A stretch of DNA of 64,000 nucleotides from positions 3,603 through 67,602 of the forward strand of contig JAQVFW010000001.1 in the NCBI GenBank assembly GCA_028697015.1, given 5' to 3'. Both the position numbers and the translations under genes were made by a program. The notes below the pieces were generated by a model. The model was not told where the DNA came from. It was given only the letters and a program-made list of their open reading frames with translations, and did not search any database. Source of the stretch: Minisyncoccota bacterium (GTDB taxonomy: Bacteria; Patescibacteriota; Minisyncoccia; Minisyncoccales; GWA2-38-27). Below are positions 51,021-59,928 of the stretch, one piece after another (positions within the stretch are counted from its first letter, which is position 1; each line of letters begins with the position of its first letter).

Positions 51021-53324
51021 ATGCGCGCAAAATCTTTTATATTTCTGAAAATTGTTTATTTTTCTCTGATTGTTTTTATCTTGGAAACTGTTTTTTTCCA
51101 TGTTTTAAACTATATTTATGATTATCTTAATGCAGTTTTGATAATTTCATATACGGTTTTGGGAATTGGCTTAGGAGCATTTATTTCAGGTAGAATTAAA
51201 ATTCCAGAAAAATATTTATTTGCCATTTGTTCTTTAGGAACAGTTCTTTCTTTATATTTGGTTGCTTTTAAAACGATTTTTTTTCCTTCTGGGGGAATTA
51301 CAAATTTTGTTTTTTTCTTTTGTTTTTTATTTCCATCCGTTTATATTTCTAAAATTTATGCTGAAGAGAAAATCGGGCAGATATATTTATTAGATATGGT
51401 GGGCGGATTATTTGGGGTGTTTTTTGTTTTTTTTCTTTATTTTTTTCTTTTTTCTGAATCAATATTTTTTTTGATTTTGCTTATTATTCCTCTGGTTGCC
51501 TTAATTGATATTTCTTTCCAAAAACTAAAGTATGAAAAAATAATAATTTTTATTTTATTATTATTTTTAATTTTGGGTTCAAGCTTGTTTTATAATCAAG
51601 TATTATTTGATAAATATAATCTTTTTAACTTAATTAACTGCAATGGTATAGAAAAGTCGCCGGAAGGAACGGCTAAAATATTTTGCAGAAATGTAGAATT
51701 AATTAAAAGCTATGATAATTTAGTAGGAAGAATAGATATTACTCAAATTACTTCTCTTAACTCTAGCTCGTATACTGTTTCGTATGAAGGGTGGCCAAAT
51801 GATATTTTTCATAAAAAAATACTATCTACAAAAGATGACTATTCAAGTAATAAAAACAAGGAATGGCCTACTCTTGATATTCGTTTCTTGTATGGGGTAA
51901 AAGAAGAACCAGAAATTTTAATCATAGGTTCTGCCGCCCAGGGAATTATTCCTACAATAAGAAAAATTACTCCTTTGGAAAAAATAACCTCAGTTGAAAT
52001 AAATCCAAGCATTATTAAAATAATGAAAGAAGATTTTTTTGAAGAAAGCGGAAGGGCTTATTTAAATTTTACGCCAATTCTGGGAAATGGAATTTCTTTT
52101 TTAAAGTCCAATAATGAAAAGTTTGATATGATAACAATGATGAATGTTCATCCTTACAGAAATATTTCTCATCAAGGGCCTCCGGATTATTTGCATACAA
52201 TTGAAAATTATAGAAATATTTTTAATAGTTTGAGCGAGGAGGGATACCTTATGATTGAAGAGAGACCGGAAACATTGGAATCAAAATTAGCATTATATAG
52301 AGAAATTAATACTATTTGGCATGCTTTAAAAAAAGAAGGCGCTGAAAATCCTTCAAATCACTTTGTAATTTGGTCATGGATGTATGAAAATAAGAAATTT
52401 GAAAAATATAAGCTTTTTTATTTTACAGGAATAGCTGTTTTCAAAAATCCGATTAAAAAAGAATGGGTTGATCCGTGGATTCAAAGACAGAATCTTCGCG
52501 ATCAATTTAACTTGCAATATTTTAATGGTTACAAAAATGAAGAGCTTTCAAAAGAATTTTTAGATTTATTTGCAATGATAGAATCAAATAATTTTAGTTC
52601 TCTTCAAGAGGAAAATTTTGATTCTTCAGTAGTAACGAATAATAGGCCCTTTTTAACTCAATCAACATTAAAAACGCCAAAATTAAATAACTTACTAAAA
52701 GATATTGGTATTCTTACATTGGTTCTTTGGATTATCTTTACAATTCCTTTGATTAGATCTGAAAAAAGAAAGTTAAACATGGCATTAAATATGTACCATA
52801 TTTTAGTCGCTTTTGCTTTTTTCTCTATTCAAATAATTTTATTCCAAGTCTATCAAAATATTTTTATATCACCATCTTTGTCGTTTATATTTGTTTTGGG
52901 CTTTTTGCTATTATTTTCTGGCATTGGAGGATATTTTTCAGAAAAATTTAATTTAAAAAATATTATAATATTTCTAATATCAACGTCTTTAATTGCTGCT
53001 ATTCTTCCTAATTCATTTTATTTTTTTAATATTCATTCTTCTCTTATAAATTTTTTAAGTGTATCTTTTGTTTTAGCTACTGGATTTTTAATGGGATTTT
53101 ATTTTCCTAAAGGATTGAATTTTATCAAGAAAATAGAATCGAAAGAAAAAGTTTATTATTTTTACGCAATTGATGCTGTTGTCTCTTGTTTTGCAGTTCC
53201 TCTTACTTTGTATCTTGGCATAAAAATTGGTTATTTTTCGGTAATTATAATAGGTATTCTTTGTTATGTTTTGGCGACCATTATTCTTTCAATACTAGAA
53301 CTACATGTTAAAGAAAAAATATAA
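51021..53324 (+). CDS. polytopic membrane protein with central spermidine-synthase-like (class I MTase fold) domain
   Basis: About 7 TM helices, then ILIIGSAAQGI...VEINPSI...FDMITMM (aminopropyltransferase-like), then about 6 more TM helices. ATG at 51021 (the track's TTG is at 51012). Confidence 0.55.
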   Translation: MRAKSFIFLKIVYFSLIVFILETVFFHVLNYIYDYLNAVLIISYTVLGIGLGAFISGRIKIPEKYLFAICSLGTVLSLYLVAFKTIFFPSGGITNFVFFFCFLFPSVYISKIYAEEKIGQIYLLDMVGGLFGVFFVFFLYFFLFSESIFFLILLIIPLVALIDISFQKLKYEKIIIFILLLFLILGSSLFYNQVLFDKYNLFNLINCNGIEKSPEGTAKIFCRNVELIKSYDNLVGRIDITQITSLNSSSYTVSYEGWPNDIFHKKILSTKDDYSSNKNKEWPTLDIRFLYGVKEEPEILIIGSAAQGIIPTIRKITPLEKITSVEINPSIIKIMKEDFFEESGRAYLNFTPILGNGISFLKSNNEKFDMITMMNVHPYRNISHQGPPDYLHTIENYRNIFNSLSEEGYLMIEERPETLESKLALYREINTIWHALKKEGAENPSNHFVIWSWMYENKKFEKYKLFYFTGIAVFKNPIKKEWVDPWIQRQNLRDQFNLQYFNGYKNEELSKEFLDLFAMIESNNFSSLQEENFDSSVVTNNRPFLTQSTLKTPKLNNLLKDIGILTLVLWIIFTIPLIRSEKRKLNMALNMYHILVAFAFFSIQIILFQVYQNIFISPSLSFIFVLGFLLLFSGIGGYFSEKFNLKNIIIFLISTSLIAAILPNSFYFFNIHSSLINFLSVSFVLATGFLMGFYFPKGLNFIKKIESKEKVYYFYAIDAVVSCFAVPLTLYLGIKIGYFSVIIIGILCYVLATIILSILELHVKEKI

Positions 53325-54108
53325 GAAAATATTTTATTTGTTGCTTTTAATTTTTTTGTTTACATTTAGTGTTGTTTTATTTTTTTTAAACAATAAAAAA
53401 ATAGAAGTTTATGGAATAAAATACGGTGATTCCTTTTATCATTCAAAAAATATTTATTATGAAGATAAGTTTGGAAAACCCTTACCTTTTTCCTGGATGT
53501 TTTATGTTATTAAATATAAAAACAAAATTATACTAATAGATACGGGATTTAATAATGAAGCGCTTGTAGAATCGTTAGCAATAGATTATAAGGATCCGCT
53601 TTATTTACTCTCTTTTTTAAATATTAATTCTGACAAAGTAACAGATCTAATTTTAACTCATAGTCACTTTGACCACATAGGCAATGCTGACAAATTTAAG
53701 AATGCTAAAATATATATTCAAAGAGAAGAATTAGAGCATTTCAAAAAAAATTCAAAAGATAAAAAACTTTTGAATTTTTTTGAGAATAACGATAAATTAG
53801 TTTTATTTGATGATTATTACAATTTGTATAATTTTTTCGAAATTAAAAAAATAGGAGGACATACAATTGGATCTTCTATTGTTCTTTTTAAGCATAATAA
53901 TATAGAATATGTTATTACGGGGGACGAATGTTATTTAATCGACAATTGCGACGGTAATCCAATAGGCACTTATTATAATATAAAGAAAAATAGAGATTTT
54001 ATTTCATGGGTGAAGGAAAATGAAAATATAAGAATTTTGCCGCTTCATGATAATAAAATATTTAATATATATCCGGTGGTTAACAACTTTATAGCCAAAA
54101 TTATTTAA
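53305..54108 (+). CDS. MBL-fold metallo-hydrolase (lactonase-like)
   Basis: THSHFDHIGN (HxHxDH) and GGHTIGS. Has an N-terminal TM. Overlaps the upstream gene by 20 nt. Confidence 0.75.
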   Translation: MLKKKYKKIFYLLLLIFLFTFSVVLFFLNNKKIEVYGIKYGDSFYHSKNIYYEDKFGKPLPFSWMFYVIKYKNKIILIDTGFNNEALVESLAIDYKDPLYLLSFLNINSDKVTDLILTHSHFDHIGNADKFKNAKIYIQREELEHFKKNSKDKKLLNFFENNDKLVLFDDYYNLYNFFEIKKIGGHTIGSSIVLFKHNNIEYVITGDECYLIDNCDGNPIGTYYNIKKNRDFISWVKENENIRILPLHDNKIFNIYPVVNNFIAKII

Positions 54109-54113
54109 TTATT

Positions 54114-55448
54114 ATGCCAAATTTTTCAAAAAATAAAATAATAATTTCTGTTTTTATAGTTGTTTTTTTTACCCTTTTTTTCTGGATATACTTTAATAAT
54201 TTTAAAGTTAATTTTGAAAGCCCAGCGGTAGGAGAATATGAAATAACTAAGAGTTTTATTGAAGAAAAAATTAAGCAAGGCAAGGAATTTTTATTGCAAA
54301 TAGAAAATGAAGAAGAAAACGGCTTTTATAAATATTATCTTCCTTTTGAGGAAGAAAAAACCGAAGATCGTCTTCATACTACTTATTCTGCTTCAATTGT
54401 TTACAGTTTTCTTTTTATTCACGAATTTGATAAAGACAAAAAAACACTGGAAAAGCTTTCAAGCTGGGGAGATTTTCTTTTGAGAATGCAAAATTTAGAC
54501 AAAGAAGACAAGCGCTATGGATCATTTGTTTATTCTTATTTTTTTGACGAAAAGAACCTTGATTTTGGCAGTAAAATAAAGAAAAAAACCATAAACAGCA
54601 AGGGGGAAAAATTTACAGATTATTTTTATGTCGATAATCAAGGAAGAGAATTAAGATATGTTGTTGGGACAAACTCAAAAACGATTTTCACTCTTTTGCG
54701 CCTTTACGAATACACAAAAGAAGAAAAATATTTGAATTCGGCAGTACTTTCCGGAAACTGGCTTTTAACAATGCAAAATGAAAATGGCACAGTAAGGCCC
54801 TACGTAAGATATGAAAATGGAAAATGGCTTTTTGGCTCAAAAGAGTCGTTTCTTTATCAGGGTCAGGTTCTATCGGCGTTTTCAAGATTGTATAAAATAA
54901 CAAAGGATGAAAGATATTATGAAGGGGCAAAAAAGATAGCAGATCGTTTTGCAGATAAAATAGAAAAGGCAAATGGAGAATTTATAGTAGATGATTACAG
55001 AACGGTAAATTCAATATCAAATTCTTGGGTTGTTATGTCTTTGATGGATTTTTACAACATCTCTTTTGACAACTATTATAAAGAGATAATTTTCAGGCAC
55101 AGCGGAAAAATATTGGAAGACCAGATAAAAAGTGAAAAAAATCCATCTGATTTCGGACGTTATAAAACAGCTTATTCATCAAGCGGAAACGGATGGATAG
55201 CTGAAGTTTTAACGGAAGTTTACAGGTTTTGTCTTAAAGAAAAAGGAGACAGTTGTTCAATATATAAAGATTCCGTAACAGACGTAATAGATTGGATTAT
55301 TGGACATACTTATTCAAAAGAAAATACGCAAATTAAAGATATTATTGGGTCTGTCTATTGGAGTAAGGAGTACAGACATGTTAGAAGCGATTCTGTTGCT
55401 CATAGCTTGAACGCCTATGCGCGCATAATAGAATTTTTACCGGATTAG
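54114..55448 (+). CDS. membrane-anchored hypothetical protein, possibly alpha/alpha-toroid fold
   Basis: N-terminal TM. Recurrent W-x-x-x-L-L-x-M-Q-N segments (WGDFLLRMQNLD, GNWLLTMQNENG) suggest helical-hairpin repeats. This is a weak call. Confidence 0.3.
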   Translation: MPNFSKNKIIISVFIVVFFTLFFWIYFNNFKVNFESPAVGEYEITKSFIEEKIKQGKEFLLQIENEEENGFYKYYLPFEEEKTEDRLHTTYSASIVYSFLFIHEFDKDKKTLEKLSSWGDFLLRMQNLDKEDKRYGSFVYSYFFDEKNLDFGSKIKKKTINSKGEKFTDYFYVDNQGRELRYVVGTNSKTIFTLLRLYEYTKEEKYLNSAVLSGNWLLTMQNENGTVRPYVRYENGKWLFGSKESFLYQGQVLSAFSRLYKITKDERYYEGAKKIADRFADKIEKANGEFIVDDYRTVNSISNSWVVMSLMDFYNISFDNYYKEIIFRHSGKILEDQIKSEKNPSDFGRYKTAYSSSGNGWIAEVLTEVYRFCLKEKGDSCSIYKDSVTDVIDWIIGHTYSKENTQIKDIIGSVYWSKEYRHVRSDSVAHSLNAYARIIEFLPD

Positions 55449-55465
55449 TTTTTATATAAAAAGAT

Positions 55466-55517
55466 TTGACAATTTTTTTTGATTTGTTATTATACCTATA
55501 CCTATGGTACAGGTATA
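55466..55517 (+). promoter_or_regulatory. promoter plus 27-bp dyad operator upstream of csoR-like gene
   Basis: TTGACA (55466-55471), 16-nt spacer, TGtTATTAT (55485-55493). The dyad TATACCTaTACC-TAT-GGTAcAGGTATA (55491-55517) has a single mismatched pair. Confidence 0.55.
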
Positions 55518-55528
55518 AATAAAATATT

Positions 55529-55801
55529 ATGACAAACCAAAAGAAAAAGACATTAATTAACATTAAAAAAGCGGAAAGTTTAACGGCAAAAATAATTAAG
55601 ATGTTTGAAAAAGATCAATACTGCATTGATATTATGCAGCAGAATTTGGCTGTTATAGGCCTTTTAAAATCAGCCAATAAAATGCTTATGGAAAATCATC
55701 TTAATACCTGCTTTAAGGTTGCAATGGAAGCGAAAAACGAAAAGAAAAAGCAGGAAATGATTGAAGAAATTTTAAAGGTCATAGTAATGTTTAATAGATA
55801 A
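55529..55801 (+). CDS. csoR: CsoR/RcnR-family metal-sensing transcriptional repressor
   Basis: 90 aa, helical. YC32IDI ... NH57LNTC61 gives the C-x24-H-x3-C ligand spacing characteristic of Cu(I)-sensing CsoR. Confidence 0.85.
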   Translation: MTNQKKKTLINIKKAESLTAKIIKMFEKDQYCIDIMQQNLAVIGLLKSANKMLMENHLNTCFKVAMEAKNEKKKQEMIEEILKVIVMFNR

Positions 55802-55823
55802 AATTAATTAATTTTTTAAAAAT

Positions 55824-56588
55824 ATGAATGAAGAAAATAATCAAATAGAAAGCCAAGAAAACAGAGAAAAAGAAAAAACAGTGCAAAAATGGATTTATAT
55901 ATCCATGTTTTTAGTTATTGCTTTTACTCTTTTTATTTCTTTTAACAAGGGGGTTATTTCCTATTCTCCTTCTAATGTTGAGAAAGTAGAAAAATCTGTT
56001 TTATCGCAGGAAAATCAAACTCCAAACATAGAACAGCAATCAAGTGGGGGCGCTGTAATAAATGAAGCGCTACTTGAAATAATACCGACCGGAGTTCCCG
56101 CTGTTTATGGAAACGCTCTTTCAATAAGTTATGACGATGTTTCTGTTAATAATCCAAGGCAAGCAGATGCAACAATTGAGGTAATGGCCAAAATAGACAG
56201 AAGTACTGAACTTTCAGGAAGTAATTTAAATAGGTATATTGATATATTATATAATCAACATGGGGGAATATCCTGTGAATTTTGTTGCGGAGCAAAAGCG
56301 GTAATATTTGAAAACGGATCTGCGGCTTGCGGATGCGCTCATAGCTATGCAATGAGAGGAATAGCAAAATACCTTATTTTGAACACAACCATGACAGATG
56401 AGGAAATTCTTTCTGAGGTTGGCAAGTGGAAAGTTCTTTTCTTCCCGGAGATCCATGTCCGAAAAGCTTCGGCTATGAAGGAAAAAGGCATGGAAATAGA
56501 TTATATTAATTTAACCACTAATGAAAATAGAGGAATTGAAAGAGGAGTTGCCGCCGGAAGCGGAGGATCAATGGTTGGAGGATGTTAA
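55824..56588 (+). CDS. membrane-anchored Cys-rich protein ending in ...GGSMVGGC
   Basis: TM anchor WIYISMFLVIAFTLFISF. Cys/His cluster GGISCEFCCGA-x13-CGCAHS. Gly-rich tail ends MVGGC followed by the stop. Confidence 0.5.
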   Translation: MNEENNQIESQENREKEKTVQKWIYISMFLVIAFTLFISFNKGVISYSPSNVEKVEKSVLSQENQTPNIEQQSSGGAVINEALLEIIPTGVPAVYGNALSISYDDVSVNNPRQADATIEVMAKIDRSTELSGSNLNRYIDILYNQHGGISCEFCCGAKAVIFENGSAACGCAHSYAMRGIAKYLILNTTMTDEEILSEVGKWKVLFFPEIHVRKASAMKEKGMEIDYINLTTNENRGIERGVAAGSGGSMVGGC

Positions 56589-56620
56589 GTAATTATAAAA
56601 AAATAAAAAAATAATAAAAA

Positions 56621-57004
56621 ATGAATAACACAATTAAAAATAATATATTTCCAATTACGGTTATTGCTGTTTCTCTTGTTATTTCCGGAATAGTTCTTTT
56701 TTCCGGACCCTCACAGGGAAGAGGGTTTATTTCTCAGGATGAAGCGTTAAAAATTGCTGATGACTTTATAAATAAAAAAATGCTTCAAGGCCAAGTATCG
56801 GCTTCTGTTTCCGATATTTCAGAAGAATCGGGACTTTATAAAATTAATTTATCGGTTCAAGGAAGTCCATTTTCCTCTTATATGACAAAAGACGGAAGGT
56901 TCTTTTTTCCAGAAGGGCTTGATATAGAAAATTTTGAGAATACAACCCCTCCTTCAGCTCCATCTGAAGGGGGAGGGGGTACTGGAATGGTTGGAGGATG
57001 CTAA
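56621..57004 (+). CDS. membrane-anchored small protein ending in ...GGTGMVGGC
   Basis: TM anchor. Small domain (ESGLYKINLSVQGSPFSSYMTKDGRFFFPEG), then PPSAPSEGGGGTGMVGGC followed by the stop. Confidence 0.5.
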   Translation: MNNTIKNNIFPITVIAVSLVISGIVLFSGPSQGRGFISQDEALKIADDFINKKMLQGQVSASVSDISEESGLYKINLSVQGSPFSSYMTKDGRFFFPEGLDIENFENTTPPSAPSEGGGGTGMVGGC

Positions 57005-57017
57005 TCCTTTTTAAAAA

Positions 57018-57443
57018 ATGAACTTGAAAATTAAGCTTCTTATTCTTTTTGTTTTTATTTCTTTTGGAGTTGCCATATATGGCTATTTTAACGCTGTTTC
57101 AAAATCAAGTAGCGAGAATGGCCCTAAGATTGAAATTTCTCCCAAAATACATGATTTTAAGGACCTTAATTTTGGAGAAGTTGTTAGTTATGATTTTATT
57201 GTAAAAAATTCCGGAGATGAGATTTTGGAAATAAGAAGGGTTTCTACTTCTTGCCTTTGTACTGTTGCTGAGATTTTAAAGAAGGAAATTAACCCGGGAG
57301 AAGAAGTAATTCTTTCTATTTCTTATGATACCGGAGCAATGGGCGCCCATGGGAGAGGAAAGCAGGAAAGAATAATTTATATCAGAAGCAATGATCCTTT
57401 TAATCCTCAGATTGAAGCGATGATATACGCAAACGTTAAATAA
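57018..57443 (+). CDS. DUF1573-domain protein
   Basis: HDFKDLNFGEVVSYDFIVKNSGDEILEIRRVSTSCLCT matches the DUF1573 pattern (h-DFG ... N-x-G ... SC-x-CT). Has an N-terminal anchor. Confidence 0.7.
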   Translation: MNLKIKLLILFVFISFGVAIYGYFNAVSKSSSENGPKIEISPKIHDFKDLNFGEVVSYDFIVKNSGDEILEIRRVSTSCLCTVAEILKKEINPGEEVILSISYDTGAMGAHGRGKQERIIYIRSNDPFNPQIEAMIYANVK

Positions 57444-57460
57444 CTTAAATATTCAAAATA

Positions 57461-58162
57461 ATGTTTCAAAGTATTGATATCAGCAGTCCTTTTACGATGA
57501 TTCCGATAGTTATGACTACCGGTTTTCTTGATGGAATCCATCCTTGCGCTATTGCTATACTTATTTTCTTTATAGCTTTTTTACTGACCATGCAGAAGGC
57601 CTTTAGAAATATTTTCTTCTTGGGTCTGGTTTACATTTTCGTTATTTTTCTTACTTATCTTGCTGTTGGTGTTGGTCTTCTTTCGGGAATTACTTTTTTC
57701 GGACAGCATCATTTTTTTGCCAAATTTGGCGCATGGCTGCTTATATTTTTGGGTTTAATCCATTTGAAAGAATATTTCTTTCCAAATTTACCCTTCCATT
57801 TGAGAATGCCTAAATTTTCAAGCGAGAAAATCAAGACAAAATTAGAGAAAGCTACATTGTCGGGAATTATAATTGCCGCTTTTCTGGTTGGTCTTTGTTC
57901 TATTCCCTGTTCAGGAGGAATTTACGCCGCAATTACCGCTCTTCTTGCTTCAAAAACAACATATTTAAGCGGCCTCCTATACCTTTTGCTTTACAACTTT
58001 ATGTTCGTATTGCCTCTTTTTATCCTTCTTCTTTTTGCGGCAAACCCGCTTACATTGTCCAAAATTGCCCGCTTCAGACAAAAAAACGAAAGAACAGAAG
58101 GATTAATTATGGGCTTACTGGTACTTCTTTTGGGAATTGGAATATTGATATTTATTCTATAA
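57461..58162 (+). CDS. polytopic membrane protein with intramembrane Cys (CcdA/DsbD_2-like)
   Basis: DGIHPCAIAIL and LCSIPCSGGIY in TM helices. It is a paralog of 48233..49042. Confidence 0.5.
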   Translation: MFQSIDISSPFTMIPIVMTTGFLDGIHPCAIAILIFFIAFLLTMQKAFRNIFFLGLVYIFVIFLTYLAVGVGLLSGITFFGQHHFFAKFGAWLLIFLGLIHLKEYFFPNLPFHLRMPKFSSEKIKTKLEKATLSGIIIAAFLVGLCSIPCSGGIYAAITALLASKTTYLSGLLYLLLYNFMFVLPLFILLLFAANPLTLSKIARFRQKNERTEGLIMGLLVLLLGIGILIFIL

Positions 58163-58320
58163 ACATATGAACAAAGATAAAGAGATAAAAAAAGAAAAGG
58201 AGAAGAATAAAAAAGAAGAATGCCTTCTTTGTAGCATTTCCGATAAAACGATAGAAATGTTGGAAAAAAGATCGAACGAAAATTATAAAGAAAAAAAATA
58301 AAAATATAAAAAATACAAAC

Positions 58321-58863
58321 ATGGAAAAAGAAGAATATATTTCAAAAGAGCAAAGAAAGGAAATGGCTGTTCTTTCAAAAAAGAAACAAAGAACGACAAA
58401 GATTGTTTCTTTAATATTGTTTGCGGTTCTAGTTGTTGTTGGTTTTTCTTTCTTTTCAAACTTTTCTTCCAGTGAGGAAAATGAGAATAACGCAAAGAAA
58501 GAAAAAATAACGGTTTATTATTCTCAGACCTGCGGTTGTTGCGCGGAATATTTATCTTATCTTAAAAAAAGCGGATTTGAAGTTGATGCAAGACAAACAA
58601 GAGATATGCTTTCAATAAAAGAGCAATATCAGATTCCTACGGAAATGGAGTCCTGCCATACTTCTATTGTTGGAGATTATTTTGTTGAAGGCCATATCCC
58701 GACTTTCATAATAGAGAAATTGCTTTTAGAAAAGCCGCTTCTTAGCGGAATTGCTCTTCCTGGAATGCCCTCCGGCTCTCCTGGAATGCCTGGTTTTAAG
58801 GCGGGAAAATGGACCATTTATGGCCTTAACGAAGGAGCATCTTCGGAATATATGGTTTATTAA
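58321..58863 (+). CDS. DUF411 (CopG-like) metal-binding protein
   Basis: TM anchor. YSQTCGCCAEY, ESCHTSIV, GHIPTFII and GMPSGSPGMPG are typical of the DUF411/CopG family. Confidence 0.8.
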   Translation: MEKEEYISKEQRKEMAVLSKKKQRTTKIVSLILFAVLVVVGFSFFSNFSSSEENENNAKKEKITVYYSQTCGCCAEYLSYLKKSGFEVDARQTRDMLSIKEQYQIPTEMESCHTSIVGDYFVEGHIPTFIIEKLLLEKPLLSGIALPGMPSGSPGMPGFKAGKWTIYGLNEGASSEYMVY

Positions 58864-58874
58864 AAAATATTCTT

Positions 58875-59039
58875 ATGTTTAATTTTTTTAAGAAAAAATG
58901 CCTTATTTGCAAAATGGAACTTAAAAAAGGAAAAGATTATCCTGTCTTTTCCGGTAAGAAATTTTGCTCTGATAATTGCATAGAGGAATATAAAAAGGAA
59001 ATAATAAAGATGCAATCGAAAGGCGATTGTTGTCATTAA
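58875..59039 (+). CDS. 54-aa TRASH/YHS-like zinc-ribbon protein ending in CCH
   Basis: Not in the ORF track (under 60 aa). MFNFFKKKCLICKMELKKGKDYPVFSGKKFCSDNCIEEYKKEIIKMQSKGDCCH has the C-x2-C-x19-C-x3-C spacing of TRASH domains. Confidence 0.5.
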   Translation: MFNFFKKKCLICKMELKKGKDYPVFSGKKFCSDNCIEEYKKEIIKMQSKGDCCH

Positions 59040-59053
59040 AATTTAAAAATAAT

Positions 59054-59278
59054 ATGATGAATTTTCAATATGGTTTTTTCGGTGCTTTCGGCTGGTTTTT
59101 TATGGTTCTTTGGTGGGTCTTTATAGTTGTAGTAATTATAGCTCTTCTAAGATGGATTTCAGAACAGCCAAAAAATGATAATAATAAAAAATCTCCGCTT
59201 GAGGTTTTAAAGGAGCGGTATGCAAAGGGGGAAATAGATAAAAAAGAATTTGAAGAGAAGAAAAAGGATTTATTGTAG
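59054..59278 (+). CDS. SHOCT-domain membrane protein
   Basis: TM region, then LEVLKERYAKGEIDKKEFEEKKKDLL (SHOCT short C-terminal domain). ATG at 59054 inside ORF 59027..59278. Confidence 0.7.
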   Translation: MMNFQYGFFGAFGWFFMVLWWVFIVVVIIALLRWISEQPKNDNNKKSPLEVLKERYAKGEIDKKEFEEKKKDLL

Positions 59279-59358
59279 TTTTTCAAAATGGGTTTGTTTA
59301 TTTTTTTTCTTTAGAATTTGTAAAGGCCGAAATAAAAATATTTTAACTATTTTATATA

Positions 59359-59652
59359 ATGGACAATAGTTATTATTGCCAAATTAATAAAAAAGGATTT
59401 GCTTTGGCCACAAGCGGGGTAATGGGACTAGTTTACATTCTTTGTGCTGCTTTCGTTGCTTTATGGCCCGATTTTTCGCTTCGTCTTTTTGGCTGGCTTA
59501 TGCACTTGGTCAATGTTGAAAAGTTTGCAGGAGACATGGGGATAACTTTTGGCGGATTTTTAGCGGGTCTTCTCCAAGCGGTAATTTACACGTATATCGG
59601 CGCCTATCTTATTGCTTGGCTTCATAATAAATTTTGCAAAGAAAATAAATAA
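59359..59652 (+). CDS. small 3-TM membrane protein
   Basis: ORF track. Contains hydrophobic segments. No motif recognised. Confidence 0.4.
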   Translation: MDNSYYCQINKKGFALATSGVMGLVYILCAAFVALWPDFSLRLFGWLMHLVNVEKFAGDMGITFGGFLAGLLQAVIYTYIGAYLIAWLHNKFCKENK

Positions 59653-59781
59653 ATTATATTTAATTTTCTTTTTAAAAAGCAGGGCGAAAAATCGTTTCTC
59701 GTTGATTGTATTTTTAGTATTATCGGTTATTATTTTTTTATACATAGAAAATAATTATTGGATTAATAATTGGTTTTAATA

Positions 59782-59928
59782 ATGAAAAAAGAAGAACATA
59801 AAATATTATATAAATGCCCTCAGTACGGGTTTAAATATGAAGAGAAAAAAATGGCCAAAAAATGTGAAGATTGGTGCAGAAAATATAAGACCTGTAATTT
59901 AGAAATAACAAAATATGCTAAAAAATAA
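59782..59928 (+). CDS. 48-aa four-Cys mini-protein
   Basis: Not in the ORF track. MKKEEHKILYKCPQYGFKYEEKKMAKKCEDWCRKYKTCNLEITKYAKK. Its stop overlaps the start of the next gene by 14 nt. Confidence 0.35.
   Translation: MKKEEHKILYKCPQYGFKYEEKKMAKKCEDWCRKYKTCNLEITKYAKK

Noticed and set aside
57895-58170. 91-aa plus-strand ORF overlapping the 3' part of 57461..58162 in another frame.
   Set aside because: It is a frame-shifted shadow of the membrane protein gene. The translation is Arg/Asn-rich with no start-site signals.
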